A stretch of 64,000 nucleotides of DNA. Origin: Eledone cirrhosa. Taxonomy: Eukaryota. Positions 1 to 14,929 of the stretch are shown one piece after another. The number at the start of each line of letters is the position of its first letter. The stretch's first letter is position 1. Location: the NCBI GenBank assembly GCA_964016885.1, contig OZ024742.1, forward strand, positions 229,834,001 to 229,898,000. The letters run 5' to 3'. Made by a program: the position numbers and the translations under genes. The notes beneath the pieces were generated by a model, which was not told where the DNA came from, made no database searches, and saw only the letters and a list, made by a program, of their open reading frames with translations.

Positions 1-470
1 AACCCTCGGAGAAATGGAAAAAGATGAGTGTTGCCGTACATGGGAGTCGAACCCACATCTTTGGTTATCCAGACCAATGTGCTACCATTACATCAATACA
101 CATCCCGTCTCCTTCCCTTCGAATTAGAAATTTCTTTAGTCTAAAATACGGTGAAAGCTCATAATTTCTAATTTTTAATTTTCAAACTCGCGCACCGTTT
201 CAAAAACATACTTACATGTTTACATTTATAATTTGCTTGTTTATCATTCACTTGCTAAGTTCATAGCTTCTAATTCGAATGGAAGGAGACGGGATGTGTA
301 TTGGTGTAATGGTAGCACATTGGTCTGGATAACCAAAGATGTGGGTTCGACTCCCATGTACGGCAACACTCATCTTTTTTCCATTTCTCCGAGGGTTATA
401 AACCCCACTATCAGGCTAGAAATTTCTTTAGTCTAAAATACGGTGAAAGCTTATAATTTCTAATTTCTAA
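1..470. repeat. Inverted plus direct duplication cassette containing a tRNA-like sequence, abutting a (TA)n tract
   Basis: About 1-130 is the reverse complement of about 268-400. The block agaaatttctttagtctaaaatacggtgaaagc occurs directly at about 126 and 418. (TA)n starts at about 470. Confidence 0.85.
294..366 (+). ncRNA. tRNA-like sequence (tRNA-derived head or pseudo-tRNA); second copy on the minus strand at about 30-102
   Basis: D-arm/A-box TGGTGTAATGGTAGCAC, anticodon-like stem TTGGT/ACCAA with a 7-nt loop CTGGATA, T-arm GTGGG-TTCGACT-CCCAT. The acceptor stem is imperfect. Confidence 0.55.
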
Positions 471-514
471 TATATATATATATATGTATATATAAATATA
501 TAAATAATATGGAA

Positions 515-1165
515 TAGGGAGAATCAGTGATGCATCGGAACACAATTTATTACCTATTACAAATGTTTCTCCGTCAAACAGCTCGAGGTGCGATCTATTT
601 GTGGATCAAACCTGACTCTGGATTCGCAAGTTCCTCCGACACGTCTAGCAACTTCGAAGCAAATCCTCTGTTTGTTGGACTGAGAATTTCTATCATCTGC
701 CATCATCCTGTTTGTGCGGCCCATCGATTGGTCAAGAGTTCGAGACGTCATCTGTATATTTGACCATTCAAAACTGCCCTCTAACCATTTCCATTCAGGC
801 GTGAGCTGTCACTCACCTCAATTCTGTCACCAGAATCACTGCTGTGTGGGCATGGGGTTCTGATCTGCCTTGCCTGTCCCTAGCTTGCCCGTAGTCCGAC
901 ACACACTCACCCACACACACGTGTGCTCACACATAGATTGACATTCCGATCTCGATCGGCCGCGAAAACGGGATGATGGCAGATGATAGAAATTCTAAGG
1001 GTCGGAATCCAACAGACAGAGAGTTTGCTTCGAATTCGCTAGACATGTCTGAGGAACTTGCGAAACCAGAGTCAGGTTCCATCTACAAATAGACCGCACC
1101 TCGAGCTGTTCGACGGAGAAACAATTGTAATACGTTAATAAATTGTGTTTCGATGATTCTTCGTT
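515..1165. repeat. Imperfect inverted repeat, arms about 515-735 and 950-1165
   Basis: cagctcgaggtgcgatctatttgt...cctgactctgg is mirrored by ccagagtcagg...acaaatagaccgcacctcgagctg. (TA)n tracts lie on both sides. Confidence 0.8.
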
Positions 1166-1403
1166 TTCCATATTATTATTCTCTGTTCCGAAGGAGCATA
1201 GAGTGCTCAAACGGCATACAGCCTCTGGAAGCATCCAATCAACCTTACCACAAATATATATACATATATAGTTGATGAGTATTAAATACGTAAGTAGGGT
1301 TTAAACATTCATTTATGGCTAAAATGAGTGCTTGTTACTCTGGTTTCTTTCCTGCACAGATGAAACTCCAGAATGACAAAGCTCACGTTTTAGCCGTAAT
1401 AAA

Positions 1404-1439
<36 letters not shown>

Positions 1440-1440
<1 letters not shown>

Positions 1441-2569
1441 TAGCAGCAGTACCCAGCGTTGCCTGAATATGTAAAATATTATTTGCTTTCATGAAAAGGT
1501 GTTGATCTTAGCCATTGCTTCTCGATGACTCATATATGGCCACACACAGGCCATGCGGGGAAGGGTGGTGATGAACTCTATCACTGAGAAACGCGGGTGA
1601 CTGACGAGGGGGCATTCTAGGGGAGGGAGGTAATGACCTCCAACACTAAGCCAAATTTCCTCACGATACTTGATTGGAAACCGATAAATTCTCAAATACA
1701 CAACTAAAATCTCAGACGACGTCAGTGGCCATCGTCTTGATTTTGACCATCGATAAGATGTGCAATGATAGGTTCTATCGTAGTATAAAAGTTGAACCAA
1801 ATAAATCGATTTATGTGTGCGGTGGAGCCGAAGTTTCGAATTTGAACGAAATCTGTTGAAAAATGTGGGAGCTAATGATAGGTCGCCGTCCCTGAACAAA
1901 AATGCAAAGTGTAAAGCTTCTATAAAAAGTGCAATGATAGGTTCTATCGTAGTATAAAAGTTGAACCAAATAAATTGATTTACGTGTGAGGTGGAGCCGA
2001 AGTTTCGAATTTAAACGAAATCGGTTGAAAAATGTGGGAGCTAGAGGCGAAAAGGCGGAAATTTGAGCGAAAAGGTGGTATTTTATTTAAGCGGCTGCCA
2101 CGCCGTTCCTGAACAAATAATCCAAAATATAAAGCCACTTTAAGAGGTGAAATAATCAGATCTAGCGTAGTGTAAAATTTGAACACAGTAGGTTGATTAA
2201 TGTGGGAGCGAGGGCCGAAAAAGTGGAAATTTGAGTCTAAAAGTGGTGTTTTTGAATATTTAAGCAGCTGCCACGCCGTCCCTGAACAACAAATGCAAAA
2301 TATAAAGCCATTAGAGGAAATGCAATCATAAATTCTATTTTGCTTTAAAATTTGAACGAAATCAGTGGCAAAATGTTGGAGCTAGAGCCAAAAATCTTAT
2401 TTTTCGATACCTAAAAAAAGGTGACCCCTATAGATTTTTAGAAATCACTCCCCGATGACTAATCTATGAGCCTATAAAGTTTCATGAAAATCGGTCGTAA
2501 GATGTAGTCCCCTATAGGTAATACACAGACACACACACACACACATACTTAATTTTATATATATACAGA
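1440..2569 (-). mobile_element. Non-autonomous Helitron-like element with internal tandem repeats
   Basis: Minus strand begins TCTGTATATATATAAAA and ends ...GGCAACGCTGGGTACTGCTGCTAG (TC...CTAG termini), like the elements at 18152 and 22923. Internal units of about 170 bp repeat, and a fragment recurs at about 4212-4325. Confidence 0.65.
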
Positions 2570-2601
2570 TATATATATATATATATATTTAATATAGAAA
2601 T

Positions 2602-2652
2602 GGCTTCTACAGGACTAGCATTGTTTCATTCGGACGAAATCATCAGGAAGCC
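2602..2652 (-). ncRNA. Type I hammerhead ribozyme (family A)
   Basis: Minus strand reads GGCTTC-CTGATGA-tttcgtccgaat-GAAA-caatgctagtcct-GTA-GAAGCC. Stem I is GGCTTC/GAAGCC. A short inverted copy of the end lies at about 2874-2898. Confidence 0.7.
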
Positions 2653-3062
2653 GACTGTCCAAGTAATATGGTGGTATTTATACATTTTCTGGTGGTACGA
2701 GAGGGTCGAGATGGCAGGGTGGAGGTCATTGTTTGATGGATTTAAAGAAGAGGGATTCTTTAAAAACTATATTTAGCGAAACAAAGGCAGAAGAAAATTA
2801 AAGCTAAGTATCAATTGATAAACTCGAACACACTGAGAGGCACTCCTAATATTTAAGGTTCATTTAGGTTCAGGTAGAAGCCATTTCTATATTAAATATT
2901 TATAAACTGCAATGTATTGACTACCTTATTTACTGAGGTTAGCCCCGATTGAACCCGGGAAAAACTTATATATATATATATAACAGGACACAATATAGAT
3001 GTATTTAATTATATGTGTGTGTATATATATATATATTGTTATGCTTTGGGAGGGTCATGTTG

Positions 3063-3109
<47 letters not shown>

Positions 3110-4176
3110 TCACAATAGTTGATTAAGATCTTTGATCATGACACAAATTACACAGAATTCCTATATTCTGTTTTCAATAATAGAAGATCTATCAGTCACT
3201 TTCAAATATATCTGATGAATAGTTAAAATTTATTCTGTCTGATCATCGATTCCATTAGACAACAAATAATTCACACAATTAAAAAACGTTACGTCTCAAA
3301 TATTCTATACACACACAGGAAGAAATAAATAAATACAACCGTCACGCGCAATCATGTAGGATGTTGTAGTATGTACCATATTTTCATTACGGCTTTACGT
3401 AGACATGTTCTCGCGAAAAGCCACAGTCATCCAGTTTGCCCTCTGTCTCTTGATTTAGTAGATCATTGAGAATCATATGTAGATACATACATACATACAT
3501 ACGTACGTACATACATACATGCATACATACATACATGCATACATACATACATCAAAACATACACAGCCACATACACAATAACATCCATACCTGCACACAC
3601 ATGCATGCCTGCAGACATGCAGACATATCTATCTAGTTGATGCTGTGTAAATTCCAATGAGAGAGTCTTCTATCTATGTTAGAAACCGGCTCCCTCTTTG
3701 TATTGGCAAACATTTATGAAATTCTAAAACGAGAAGAATATACATACATACATACATACATACATACATACATACATACATACATACATACATACGTACA
3801 ATCATACAATCATACATACATACAATTTTTCTGCTTGTCTCCTTATCCTTATGAAGGATTCGCCTCCTGATGATCACACTTTAATTCTTCCAGCATTGGT
3901 CATTCCAACAGCTGTATCTTGAGTTTATGAAACCATAGCTGGAGTATTATATGAGTTAAAATTGGCTTATGTCTCTAGCAAATTTGATTTATACCCCACC
4001 TCCCTTAAGTGAGATTTGGGCTTAAATTTAATATATTTATATGAATTCGAAACCAATGATCGACTTCACTGAGTGGGCCATTGGTTTCTTAATTTATTGA
4101 TATAACTTGTCCTTTCATTGAGATGCCATCGTATTATGAAGTTATAAGTTAAGGTAAAGAAATATATATATATATA

Positions 4177-4214
<38 letters not shown>

Positions 4215-4407
4215 GGTTCTATCGTAGTATAAAAGTTGAACCAAATAAATGGAATTATGTGTGAGGTAGAGCCGAAGTTTCGAATTTGAACGAAATCGGT
4301 TGAAAAATGTGGGAGCTAATGATACAAACACACACATACACACACACTCACATATATATCTTACTATACACACGCACATACACACACACATATATATATA
4401 TATATAT

Positions 4408-4538
<131 letters not shown>

Positions 4539-4563
4539 AAAATATATATATATATATACAAAT

Positions 4564-5092
<529 letters not shown>

Positions 5093-5133
5093 CCTCATTA
5101 CACAATGCTTCAAGTGAACTATAACCTCCTCCC

Positions 5134-5204
<71 letters not shown>

Positions 5205-5206
<2 letters not shown>

Positions 5207-6687
5207 GTAATAATAATAAATTTGAAGACTAAAATCAAAAGAGGGCGCGATAAGGATAAATATTATCATATAAGGATAAATATATATACCGTAGAGCAAA
5301 TATTTATTAAAATAACAGATTAAAGTTTAAGCAAAGAATTGCTGCTTTCACCCTTAACGGGATCTTCTGAAACTAAAAATATCAATCTGCGAACGCAGAA
5401 GTAAATTTTTCGAAAAACGTTGCAAATATTCGTGTATAGTTCGTACTACTCGTTAGAGTATAATGTGGGTCTGAAATACAGGAAAGGTTTGTGCAATTTA
5501 TGTTTACAAGCCGAAATTGCCTCAGATTTTTTGTTTAGGATGTGATCTTTGGCGTAGTGTATTTCCAGGGATTCAGCAGAGGTCACATGGTCTTTTATTT
5601 CCGTTATACGATCTAGCCCTAGCTAGGATCTCCCAGTGTAACTTATATTCGGGGTGGTTGTCTTTTAGACTCCAGATATAAGCTGAAAGTGACGTCGTAT
5701 TTCTTCTTAAAGGGTTAAGAAAAGAATGGGTATGCATGTAAAGACGCTGCTTGAATCTATTGGCGGTTAACCCAATGTAGGCCCTACGGGACGTGGGTGT
5801 TTCAAACATACATTTTTAGACAATGTTACTAGAGAGGCATTTCCCAGATAGGGGGCAGTCGAACCGTTTCCTACAATTACAGGTTGCACGTGTTCCTTCG
5901 GCTAGGTAATTTAGCTAAATTTGAAGCTGTGATGTTATGTGCAAGGTAAGGAGTCGTAGAGTAAGAAATGTTAATGGTATTTCTATTAAAAAATTTACTA
6001 TATTTATGGGGGAAATGCTTCATAATAAGTGAGACAAAGATCTTAGCTAATGGTGTGGCCATCTCCATATTATATGGTGGGTTATAGCATATAATGCGTC
6101 TGGATCTATTTTTCCAAGGTCCATTCTCATACTCTGTATATGCTACCTTATCGACAAATCCACTCCGAGCAAGAGCTTCATTGTAATATGTGGAATGGTC
6201 GGTGAAAATATGCTCGTTTGTAGATAGACGGGAAAGCCTCAAAGAAACGTTTCTTACCAGGTTCTTGGTTATGCTGGCAGGATGGTTAAAATGCTTACTT
6301 ATGTAATTAAGCGTATCATTCGGCTTTCTATACGGGTAGTGCAAGCCATTCGACAAATTGAGGGTAACGTCGAGGTAATTAACTACCGAGAGTTTGGCCC
6401 CAGCCTGTATGGAGAGGTTGAAGGCTGTGAGTTCTTTTCTGAACCTGTTGCAAGCACATGGGCCGCACTTTGTCATGGCCAAAAACCGTCATCACGGTAC
6501 AAACCACTGCCCATGTTGGGGAATTCTTCCTTGATAGAGAAAAGAAGGAAAAGGCCGATAAGATCAGTAACCTCCGCAGAATCGCTGGCGTCCATACTCA
6601 CGTCGAATGGGGTACTATTATATTTTTTAATCCAAATAGAGTCGTCGGAATTAATCACCGAGTTACAGGCATTGTGGATAACATCAA

Positions 6688-6690
<3 letters not shown>
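5205..6690 (-). mobile_element. Penelope-like retroelement, 5'-truncated and frameshifted (RT C-terminal half, GIY-YIG endonuclease, 3' terminal region)
   Basis: ORF pieces: GLYRDD (RT catalytic), VNYLDVTLNL..PYRKPN..NHP, RRIICYNPPY, and AYIGLTANRFKQRL..H..SF..LSAYIWSLK..CDLC (GIY-YIG). Both ends lie in microsatellites. Confidence 0.9.
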
Positions 6691-6759
<69 letters not shown>

Positions 6760-7821
6760 ATTTCTAATTGATATATATATATATATAAACGGAGTTTACG
6801 AATAGACATTTGCAAGTCTTTAACTATGAATTTTGGAAGCTGATGACGTTGAGCCATCAAGCCATCAAGCAGATTCCAGCAGATCCAAGGGCTGGTAACT
6901 CTCAATGATCACCGCATTTCTGACCCTGGCCGTTATCCAGACATCGCTCATTCTCTCTACTCTCTGCTGGAATTTAATATGAGTGAACACATAATTTTGA
7001 CGCCTATGTGCATGAGCTGATTATTCTCATTTGTATATGGAACTGTCGGCCAGCTCGGCCTTAAAATAGAATTTAGGTGTTCACTCCGACATATGTGTAT
7101 GTGTAATTTGTATATGTAATGATTTACATAGTATTGCGTATAAACATTTGGAAGCCTTTAGCTATTTTCAGGCCGACTCGCCCATAGGCAAATGACAGCT
7201 TCATATGCAAATTAGAGTAGTCAGCCCACAGATGTCAAAAGTATATGTTTTCGGCTATATTGAATTCCAGCGAAGAGCTGGGAGAGAGAGAGCACTTGTC
7301 TTGAAAATGACCAGTCAGAAACATTCATTGTCCTTTTACAACAAGCCTGAAACGAGTAATGTTTATTTTATTCTATCTCTTTATTTGTCTTTTTTATTTT
7401 TAACAGTATATATATATATACAATTATAGATGGACGCCCAATGGCCAATGGGGGGGGGGGGCACATTTAATAAAAGGTACTCAATATGCTTGTAGATTAT
7501 AGGCCTACTGGACTAGAACTGATTCGCTCGTATAAAATCCTCATCATACACACACAAACACACGCACATGCAGACACATACACTCACACATACACATATA
7601 TCTATATATTTGTTCCCTTCATTTTCTAGTACTTTGTTTTTAGAGTTGCTATAATTTTCCTTTATTCTCTTCAATCTTTTTACCATTTTCATGTCCCCTT
7701 ATTTTCGCAACCATATATCTTTTCATTTCTTTGTTTTTCTTTTCATGTTTTCTTATTATCTATCGTCTATCTTCTATCTAGATATAATACACACATATAC
7801 ATATACATGCATACATACATA

Positions 7822-8400
7822 CATGGTGGGTGCTAACACGTTTTCGTGTACGCCTTTACTTTATATCCATGTAGAGGAACCCCTACCGATGGGCTGAACG
7901 AGTGTGACATTTTAGTCCAGCCAGCGACTTGAAAACTCTGGTACAAACACTACACTTGTGACAATTATTGACACATAGTGCTGGGCCACCAGATATAAAG
8001 CAATGCCTGTCCCGTGAAGCTTTTATAGTGAGCAAAGGCACTGCACAAAGCCAGTTCCACTCTCTTTACCAAGATGATATTTACTAAATATAAGAACAGG
8101 TCAACATCATTGAATACCATCAGAGTTGCAGGTGGTATATCAGAGTTTTCCTTCTCCTAGAATTCTGCCTTGACAAAGGCTAAGGGGTCATCTCTCCCGG
8201 TGCTTTTGGATGACCATTGACTCTTAAGAGCTCCTTTGCCCTTTGACAGGTTTTGTTTTTAGTCCTGCAGGATGTCCAAAGTCACCCTCCTCACCAAGAA
8301 ACCTTGGTGGGGTTGCCAGTTTAGTCGCCAACGACCCGACCATGAGACAGGTTGTACTGGGATACATGTTACCAGTAGCACCAACTGGTGACCTGACATA
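7822..8400 (-). mobile_element. Non-autonomous RTE-related repeat of about 570 bp, copy 1
   Basis: Highly similar to 14930-15520 (+) and 26545-27125 (-). Bounded by (CATA)n tracts. Confidence 0.8.
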
Positions 8401-8479
8401 AACATAAACATACATACATACACACATACATACATACATACATACATACATACATACATACATACATACATACATACAA

Positions 8480-8518
<39 letters not shown>

Positions 8519-8570
8519 AATATATATATACAAATATATATATATATGCATAAATACATGCATGTATTTA

Positions 8571-8620
<50 letters not shown>

Positions 8621-8625
<5 letters not shown>

Positions 8626-9550
8626 GAAAGGTATAGAAAATATTGTAGCAAGAAGCCAACAGTATTCCATAATATATAAGTGACTATAGCGTCAAAATGG
8701 GAAAATAGTTAACGTAGGATGTGGGAAAAATAATTCAAACTCAATTCAAAAAGAATCAGCATATAGATTTATCCAACAGAATTTAGTGAAATCCAGGGAG
8801 AAATCAATAGAGCCTTACCTCATGATAAAATAAAGTTTAAAATACTCATCCTTCAGTTTGGGACAACTACAAATGCTCTGTATAGTCTTGAAAAGACTAT
8901 TTCACGAAAACTTTTACTGGAGATGGTCACGGTTGGAATTCGATCGCCAGCAGAGCTCAACACGATAGCCAAATTCTCACTGATTAATATGCCAAAATGG
9001 GAATTTAAAAGCAGGCTAGTTTAACATCATGCGTGATTATGAAAATAAAACGCACATGTGGAAAAACAGGGCTGGTGACCTCAGAATGAGACGAATGTTT
9101 GTTTAGATGAAACAACAGTCAAAAACATTCCGAAAAAAACTCTACAATAAGGAGTTCAGCAAAAAGCAATATTATCGCTGTTTTTTTTTCTCTTTTTAAA
9201 TACCAGCATTAGTCACAAATAATTTAAGCACTCTAGGAAATAAATCCGAGTATATATATATAAATGAAAGGTATACAAAAGTATTGTAGCAAGAAGCCAA
9301 CAGTATTCAATAATTTATAAGTGACTATAGCGTCAAAATGGGAAAATAGTTAACGTAAGATGTGGGAAAAATAATTCAAACTCAATTCAAAAAGAATCAG
9401 GATATAGATTTATCCAACAGAATTTAGTGAAATCCAGGGAGAAATCAATAGAGCCTTACCTCATGATAAAATAAAGTTTAAAATACTCATCCTTCAATTT
9501 GGACAACTACAAATGCTCTGTATAGTCTTGAAAATACTATTTTACGAAAA
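8621..9550. repeat. Direct duplication of about 290 bp, each copy starting at a (TA)n tract
   Basis: aaatgaaaggtat...cacgaaaa at 8621-8910 is nearly identical to 9261-9550. Confidence 0.9.
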
Positions 9551-10069
9551 GATATATATATAATATATATATGTATGTATATTTGTATGTATGTATGCAT
9601 GTGTGTATGTATGTATATTTGTATGTATGTATGTATATTTGTATGTATGTATGTCTGTATGTATGTATGTATGTATGTATGTATGTATGTATGTATGTAT
9701 GTATGTATGTATATATACACACATTCAACAGAGAGTAGAGAGTTTGTATATATATATATATATATGTATGTATATGTGTGTATATACAACACTCAGTCAA
9801 ACGACCAGATTTCAACCCCAACATCTACAACAACAACTCCGGCAATAATGTATACAGCAACAACAGCTTCAGAATGAACTGAAATGAACATTTACAACAA
9901 CAACAACAGCGGCATCAAAAGATTTAAAAAAAAAACAAAAAAAAACTCAAAATAACAAAACACACACACACACGCACACAACACAACAACAACATCAACT
10001 GCCACCACCACCACTACCGCCGCCGCCATCACCCCACCAGCCTTAAGAAAACAACTTTAATAATAATTT

Positions 10070-10215
10070 TTCTGCTTTTGGCACGGATCCAGCGACTGGC
10101 CCAGCGCATCACTGGTACTCTCTTTTGTTGACTCCGTGGGGATGAAAGGCAAAGTTGACCTCAGCGGGATTTAAGCTCAGAGCGTGGAGAGCCATAACTC
10201 TATGCTGTAAAGCAA
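10070..10215 (-). mobile_element. tRNA-derived SINE (family S1), degenerate
   Basis: Shared core gatgaaaggcaaagttgacctcagcgggatttaagctcaga, seen in more than 10 copies in this window. Confidence 0.7.
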
Positions 10216-10317
10216 TTATAATAATACTGGACTGTAGTACGATCGGCTTCAACTATACAAACTGTTGAAAGTCAACAGTTGATATAATCTTGTAATCTTG
10301 TATCAGTAATGACGGTA

Positions 10318-10357
<40 letters not shown>

Positions 10358-10469
10358 AAGTGAGTAGAGTAGCGTGTGTGTGTTTGTTTGTATGTATGAG
10401 TGTTGCTGTGTGCGCGTGTGTGTATGTCGTACGTATAAGTGTCAATAAGTGATTTTTTTTTTTTTTTTT

Positions 10470-10775
10470 TGCGCGGGGACATAGAAATAATCGGGCTGGA
10501 TGCCCGATCGCGCAGTTAAACCACTGGGAGTGAAGAACCCCTAGCCCTTGTCAGGGCATTCTTCTAAGAGAAGGCATCTCAGGAAACTGGGTTAACTCCG
10601 ACATAAAACCTGCGGCTCAGTAGTTACTGATGATGTTTATCTTTTCTTCTTTTCGGGTTATAGCTAGTGTCGCTCAGGGAGTGGGATTGGCTCAGTGCAC
10701 AGTCTTTCCTCACTTTAAAAATATTCGTCACGCACAGGAATTGCACGAGTGCATTAATAATTATTAATAGTGTAC

Positions 10776-10840
<65 letters not shown>

Positions 10841-13800
10841 CTATTATTATTATTACATTTTTTTTTTTTTTTTTTTTTTCCAATTCAATAATGTTCCAGA
10901 ACAATATAAAAGTGATAATTGGCAATTTAGGTTCTGGAACAAAAATGATCATTGGCAATAAGGGCAGGGGCCCCAGGTTATCACAGCCTGAGCCCGCTCG
11001 TCATCGTGCCATTGTAATAGAGCCAAACAAGGCATTTAGTCTTGGTTGCTGGAATGTACGGACGCTGCTTGACAGGGATTCCTGGAGCGTCCTGAACGAA
11101 GGACCGCTCTTGTTGCAAAGGAGCTTCGACGTTACGATCTTGACATCGTGGCTTTATCTGAGACGGGGTTAGCTGGAGATGGTCATCTTACGGAATTTTG
11201 TGGAGAATATACATTCTTCTGGAAAGGAAGAGATGAAGGAACCAGAAGAGAGGCTGGGGTGGGATTTGCTGTTAAGACTGTACTTGTGAATAAATTAGAA
11301 GAATTCCCAGTAGGGATTAGTGAGCGTCTTATGTCCATGAGAGTTCCGCTGGACAAGGGAAGATATGCTACCCTGGTGAGTGTGTATGCTCAAACTATGA
11401 GTTCTGTCGATGAGGAAAAGGTGTTCTTTTACCATGCCTTGAAAGGTGTTTTAAGAAATATCCCTCAGGCAGACAAAGTCATCGTGCTTGGTGACTTTAA
11501 TGCTAGAGTGGGTAGGGATTTTAACACATGGAATGTAATCGGAAGGCATGGGGTGGGAAAGTGTAACAGCAATGGTATGCTCCTGCTACAGATGTGTGAG
11601 GAGGTGGATCTGTGTGTTACCAACACCATGTTCCAACAAAAGAACAAATTCAAGATCACATGGATCACATGGATGCATCCTGCATCTAAGGAATGGCATC
11701 TTTTGGACTACGTCTTAGTCAGGATGCGTGACAGACAGGATGTGCGGTGTGTTCGTGTTCTTCGTGGAGCTGAGGGCTGGCCGACCCTTAAAAAGTCGGT
11801 TTATGATGTAGGCAGGCGTGTTCTGGGATTGGCGCAGAGGAAACATCAGGACTGGTTTAATGAGAATGATGTACATATAGAAGACTTGTTAGCTGATAAG
11901 AGGCGTGCTCTGTCAAGCTACTTGACGGCAAAACCACAGGAGAGGAATACGTTGCATGAGGAACTCAGGGATGTAAAATCACGTGTTAGGCGGAGTCTTT
12001 CTCAGATGAAGGATCAGTGGTGGAGTGAGAAGGCAGGTGAGATACAAACTGCGTCTGATTCCAATAACACAAAGCTGTTGCACAGTCTCTTGCGTGAGGT
12101 TTATGGACCGTCTTCTTCTCTGGTGACACCGCTTCGCAGCAGGGATGGCAAAGAACTTCTTCGTGACTCACAAGGAATTCTACGAAGGTGGCGAGAGCAC
12201 TTTGATGATCTTTTGAATCAGCCGTCTGTCATCAGTGAATATTTCCTCAATCTAATTCCAGAAAGTCCTGTGAAAGTAGCTCTCGCAGAACTTCCATCGC
12301 TTGTGGAGGTTGCAGTGGCTATTTCGAAGCTGAACAGTGGAAGAGTTCCAGGTATGGATGGCATACATGCTGAGCTCCTACAATATGGTGGTGAGAGACT
12401 CCTGCAACATCTTCACTCTTTGTTTGGCAGGATATGGGCTAATGAATCCGTACCTGAGGACTGGAGAGATGCAGTAATGGTGGTCTTGTACAAGGGAAAG
12501 GGTAACAGGAACGATTGTGGGAACTACAGAGGTATATCATTGCTTTCTGTCGTAGGGAAAGTTTTATGTAGGGTGCTTCTGGACCGTCTGCTGACACACA
12601 TTGCAGATTGTGTTCTTCCTGAAAGTCAATCTAGTTTTCGTGCTGGATGCGGCACTACTGATATGATCTTCTCAGCTAGACAGCTCCAGGAGAAGTGCAT
12701 GGAACAAGGCTTGGATCTGTGTCAGGTTTTTTGTCGATCTGACAAAAGCTTTCGATACTGTTAACAGAGATGCATTATGGAAGGTTCTCCAGAAACTTGG
12801 TTGCCCTGATAGGTTCCTTGCTTTAGTTAGGTCTTTCCATGACGACATGAAGGCTTGGGTTAATGTCGGGAGTAACATGTCGGAGCCTATCTCAGTAAAA
12901 AATGGAGTGAAACAGGGGGATATTCCAGCACCGACCCTATTTGCCATATACTTTGCAATGGTTTTCTGTATTGCATTCAGGAATTGCGAGCATGGTGTTT
13001 ACATCCGATATCGAACCTCAGGCAGCATATTTAACATCAGGCGCTTTGCTGCGAAGACAAAAGGTATTTACATCAATCATAAGAGACCTCTTGTATGCAG
13101 ATGATTGCGATCTTGTAGCGCACACAGAGTGATATGCAGCACATTTTGAATGCATTTTCTGACGCTTGCACTGCCCTAGGTCTGACTGTCAGTCTCAAGA
13201 AAACCGTCGTCATGTACCAACCTGCCCCTGGTAAGCAGTACACTGAACCAAACATCTATGTGTATGGCAAACGACTTGGAGTGGTTGATCAGTTTGTCTA
13301 CCTGGGAAGCACTGTCAATCGATACAGCAACCTTGACATGCTTTCGGAAAGCTAGACAGGCGACTCTGGGGTCGGCGAGACATATGCAGGAGGACAAAGG
13401 TAAAGGTGTACAGGGCATGTGTGCTCTCTTGTCTTCTTTATGCCTGCGAGACCTGGGTCACATATCGACACCACCTTAAGCAATTGGAGCGTTTCCATCA
13501 GATGTGTCTCAGACGGATCCATGGCGTTCACTGGAGGAACCACATCAGTGATGTCGAGATTTTGGAAAGCTCTATGTGTGACAGTATAGAAGCTCTTGTG
13601 CTTAAGCAACGACTCCGTTGGAGTGGTCACCTTGCCAGGATGAAGGATTCTAGAATACCAAAACAACTCTTTTATGGAGAGTTGGTTAAAGGAAAACGAC
13701 CGCCACATAAACCAAAAAAGAGGTATAAGGATTCCTTGAAAGCCTCTCTGAAAGACGCTAACATCTCTGCTGATACATGGGAAAATATTGCTGCTGATCG

Positions 13801-14240
13801 TAATAGATGGAGAAAGACTGTATATGAGGGAAAAGTTGCTTTTGAGGCATCTCGAATCGCATACGAGAAAGTAAAGCGGGATGTGAGGAAGGGCATTGCT
13901 GTTGCACTTCCAGACAGCGAGGGTCCTCCTATGGTGTTGACATGCAGCCTATGTGCGAGACTCTGCCTAAGCAAAGCTGGACTCGAAAGTCATCTTCGCA
14001 GTCATAAAGTAAGACCAGTTTGACTACCAGGCTGCTGTTGGAGATGCTACTCATCATGCTTGCCAAACATGTGGTAGAGAATGTAAATCAGCAGGAGGGC
14101 TCAAGCGACATACAAAAGTACACGAACTCCAACCACAGCCGACTATTCCCAGTAAATGTTTTGGATGCCGACTCTGTGCAAGACATTTTAGATCATTGGC
14201 TGGGCTAAAAAGCCACATTCGATCGCAGCGCTGTTAGTTG
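10470..14240 (+). mobile_element. RTE-clade LINE, near full length, frameshifted, with an apparent internal deletion
   Basis: APE endonuclease (GCWNVRTL, ALSET, GVGFAV, VLGDFNARVG, WMHP, LDYVL), RT (NYRGISLLS, KAFD, GVKQG, LYADD), LRWSGHLARM..PKQLFYGEL and C-terminal C2H2 fingers, split across ORFs 10891-14023. Confidence 0.93.
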
Positions 14241-14428
14241 CTATCGCGTGTGTGTGTGTGTGTATATATGCTTATGTGTGTGCGTGTGTGTGTATATATA
14301 TATGTATATGTATATTATTATTGTTGTTGTCGTTATTATTATCGTTGTTATTATTATAATTATTATTATTGTTATTAATATATGTGTGTGTGCATATTTG
14401 TGTGTGAGTATGTGTGTGTGTATATATG

Positions 14429-14459
<31 letters not shown>

Positions 14460-14929
14460 CTTTTTTTTTTTTTTTCCTTTTTATTTATTTATTATTATAA
14501 TTTTTATTTTTTTCTTTCACCTCGTGCAATGGCCATACTCGATAACGAGGTGGCAGCCATCATCATGTATATATATATATGTGTATATATATATGTGTAT
14601 ATATATATGTATATATATATATGTGTATATATGTATATATATATATGTGTATATATATGTGTATGTATATGTATATATGTGTATGTATGTATATGTATGT
14701 GTATGTGTGTATGTATATATATGTATTAGTGCATATATATATGTATGTATATATATATATATATGTGTGTATGTATGTATATGTAAATATATATATATAT
14801 ATGTGTATGTGTATATATATATATGTGTGTATATATGTGTATGTATATATGTGTATATATATGTATGTATGTGTGTGTATATATATATGTATGTGTGTGT
14901 ATATGTGTATATATATATATGTATATATA

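Noticed and set aside
294-366. Functional tRNA gene
   Set aside because: The acceptor stem is mismatched, the anticodon loop is atypical and it sits in a duplicated cassette. Kept only as tRNA-like.
3866-3945. CTGATGA...GAAACC as a hammerhead; also isolated CTGATGA at about 3212, 6840 and 10627
   Set aside because: No convincing stems II and III or cleavage triplet.
11148-12764. 538-aa ORF as an intact gene
   Set aside because: It is part of a frameshifted, internally deleted RTE LINE.
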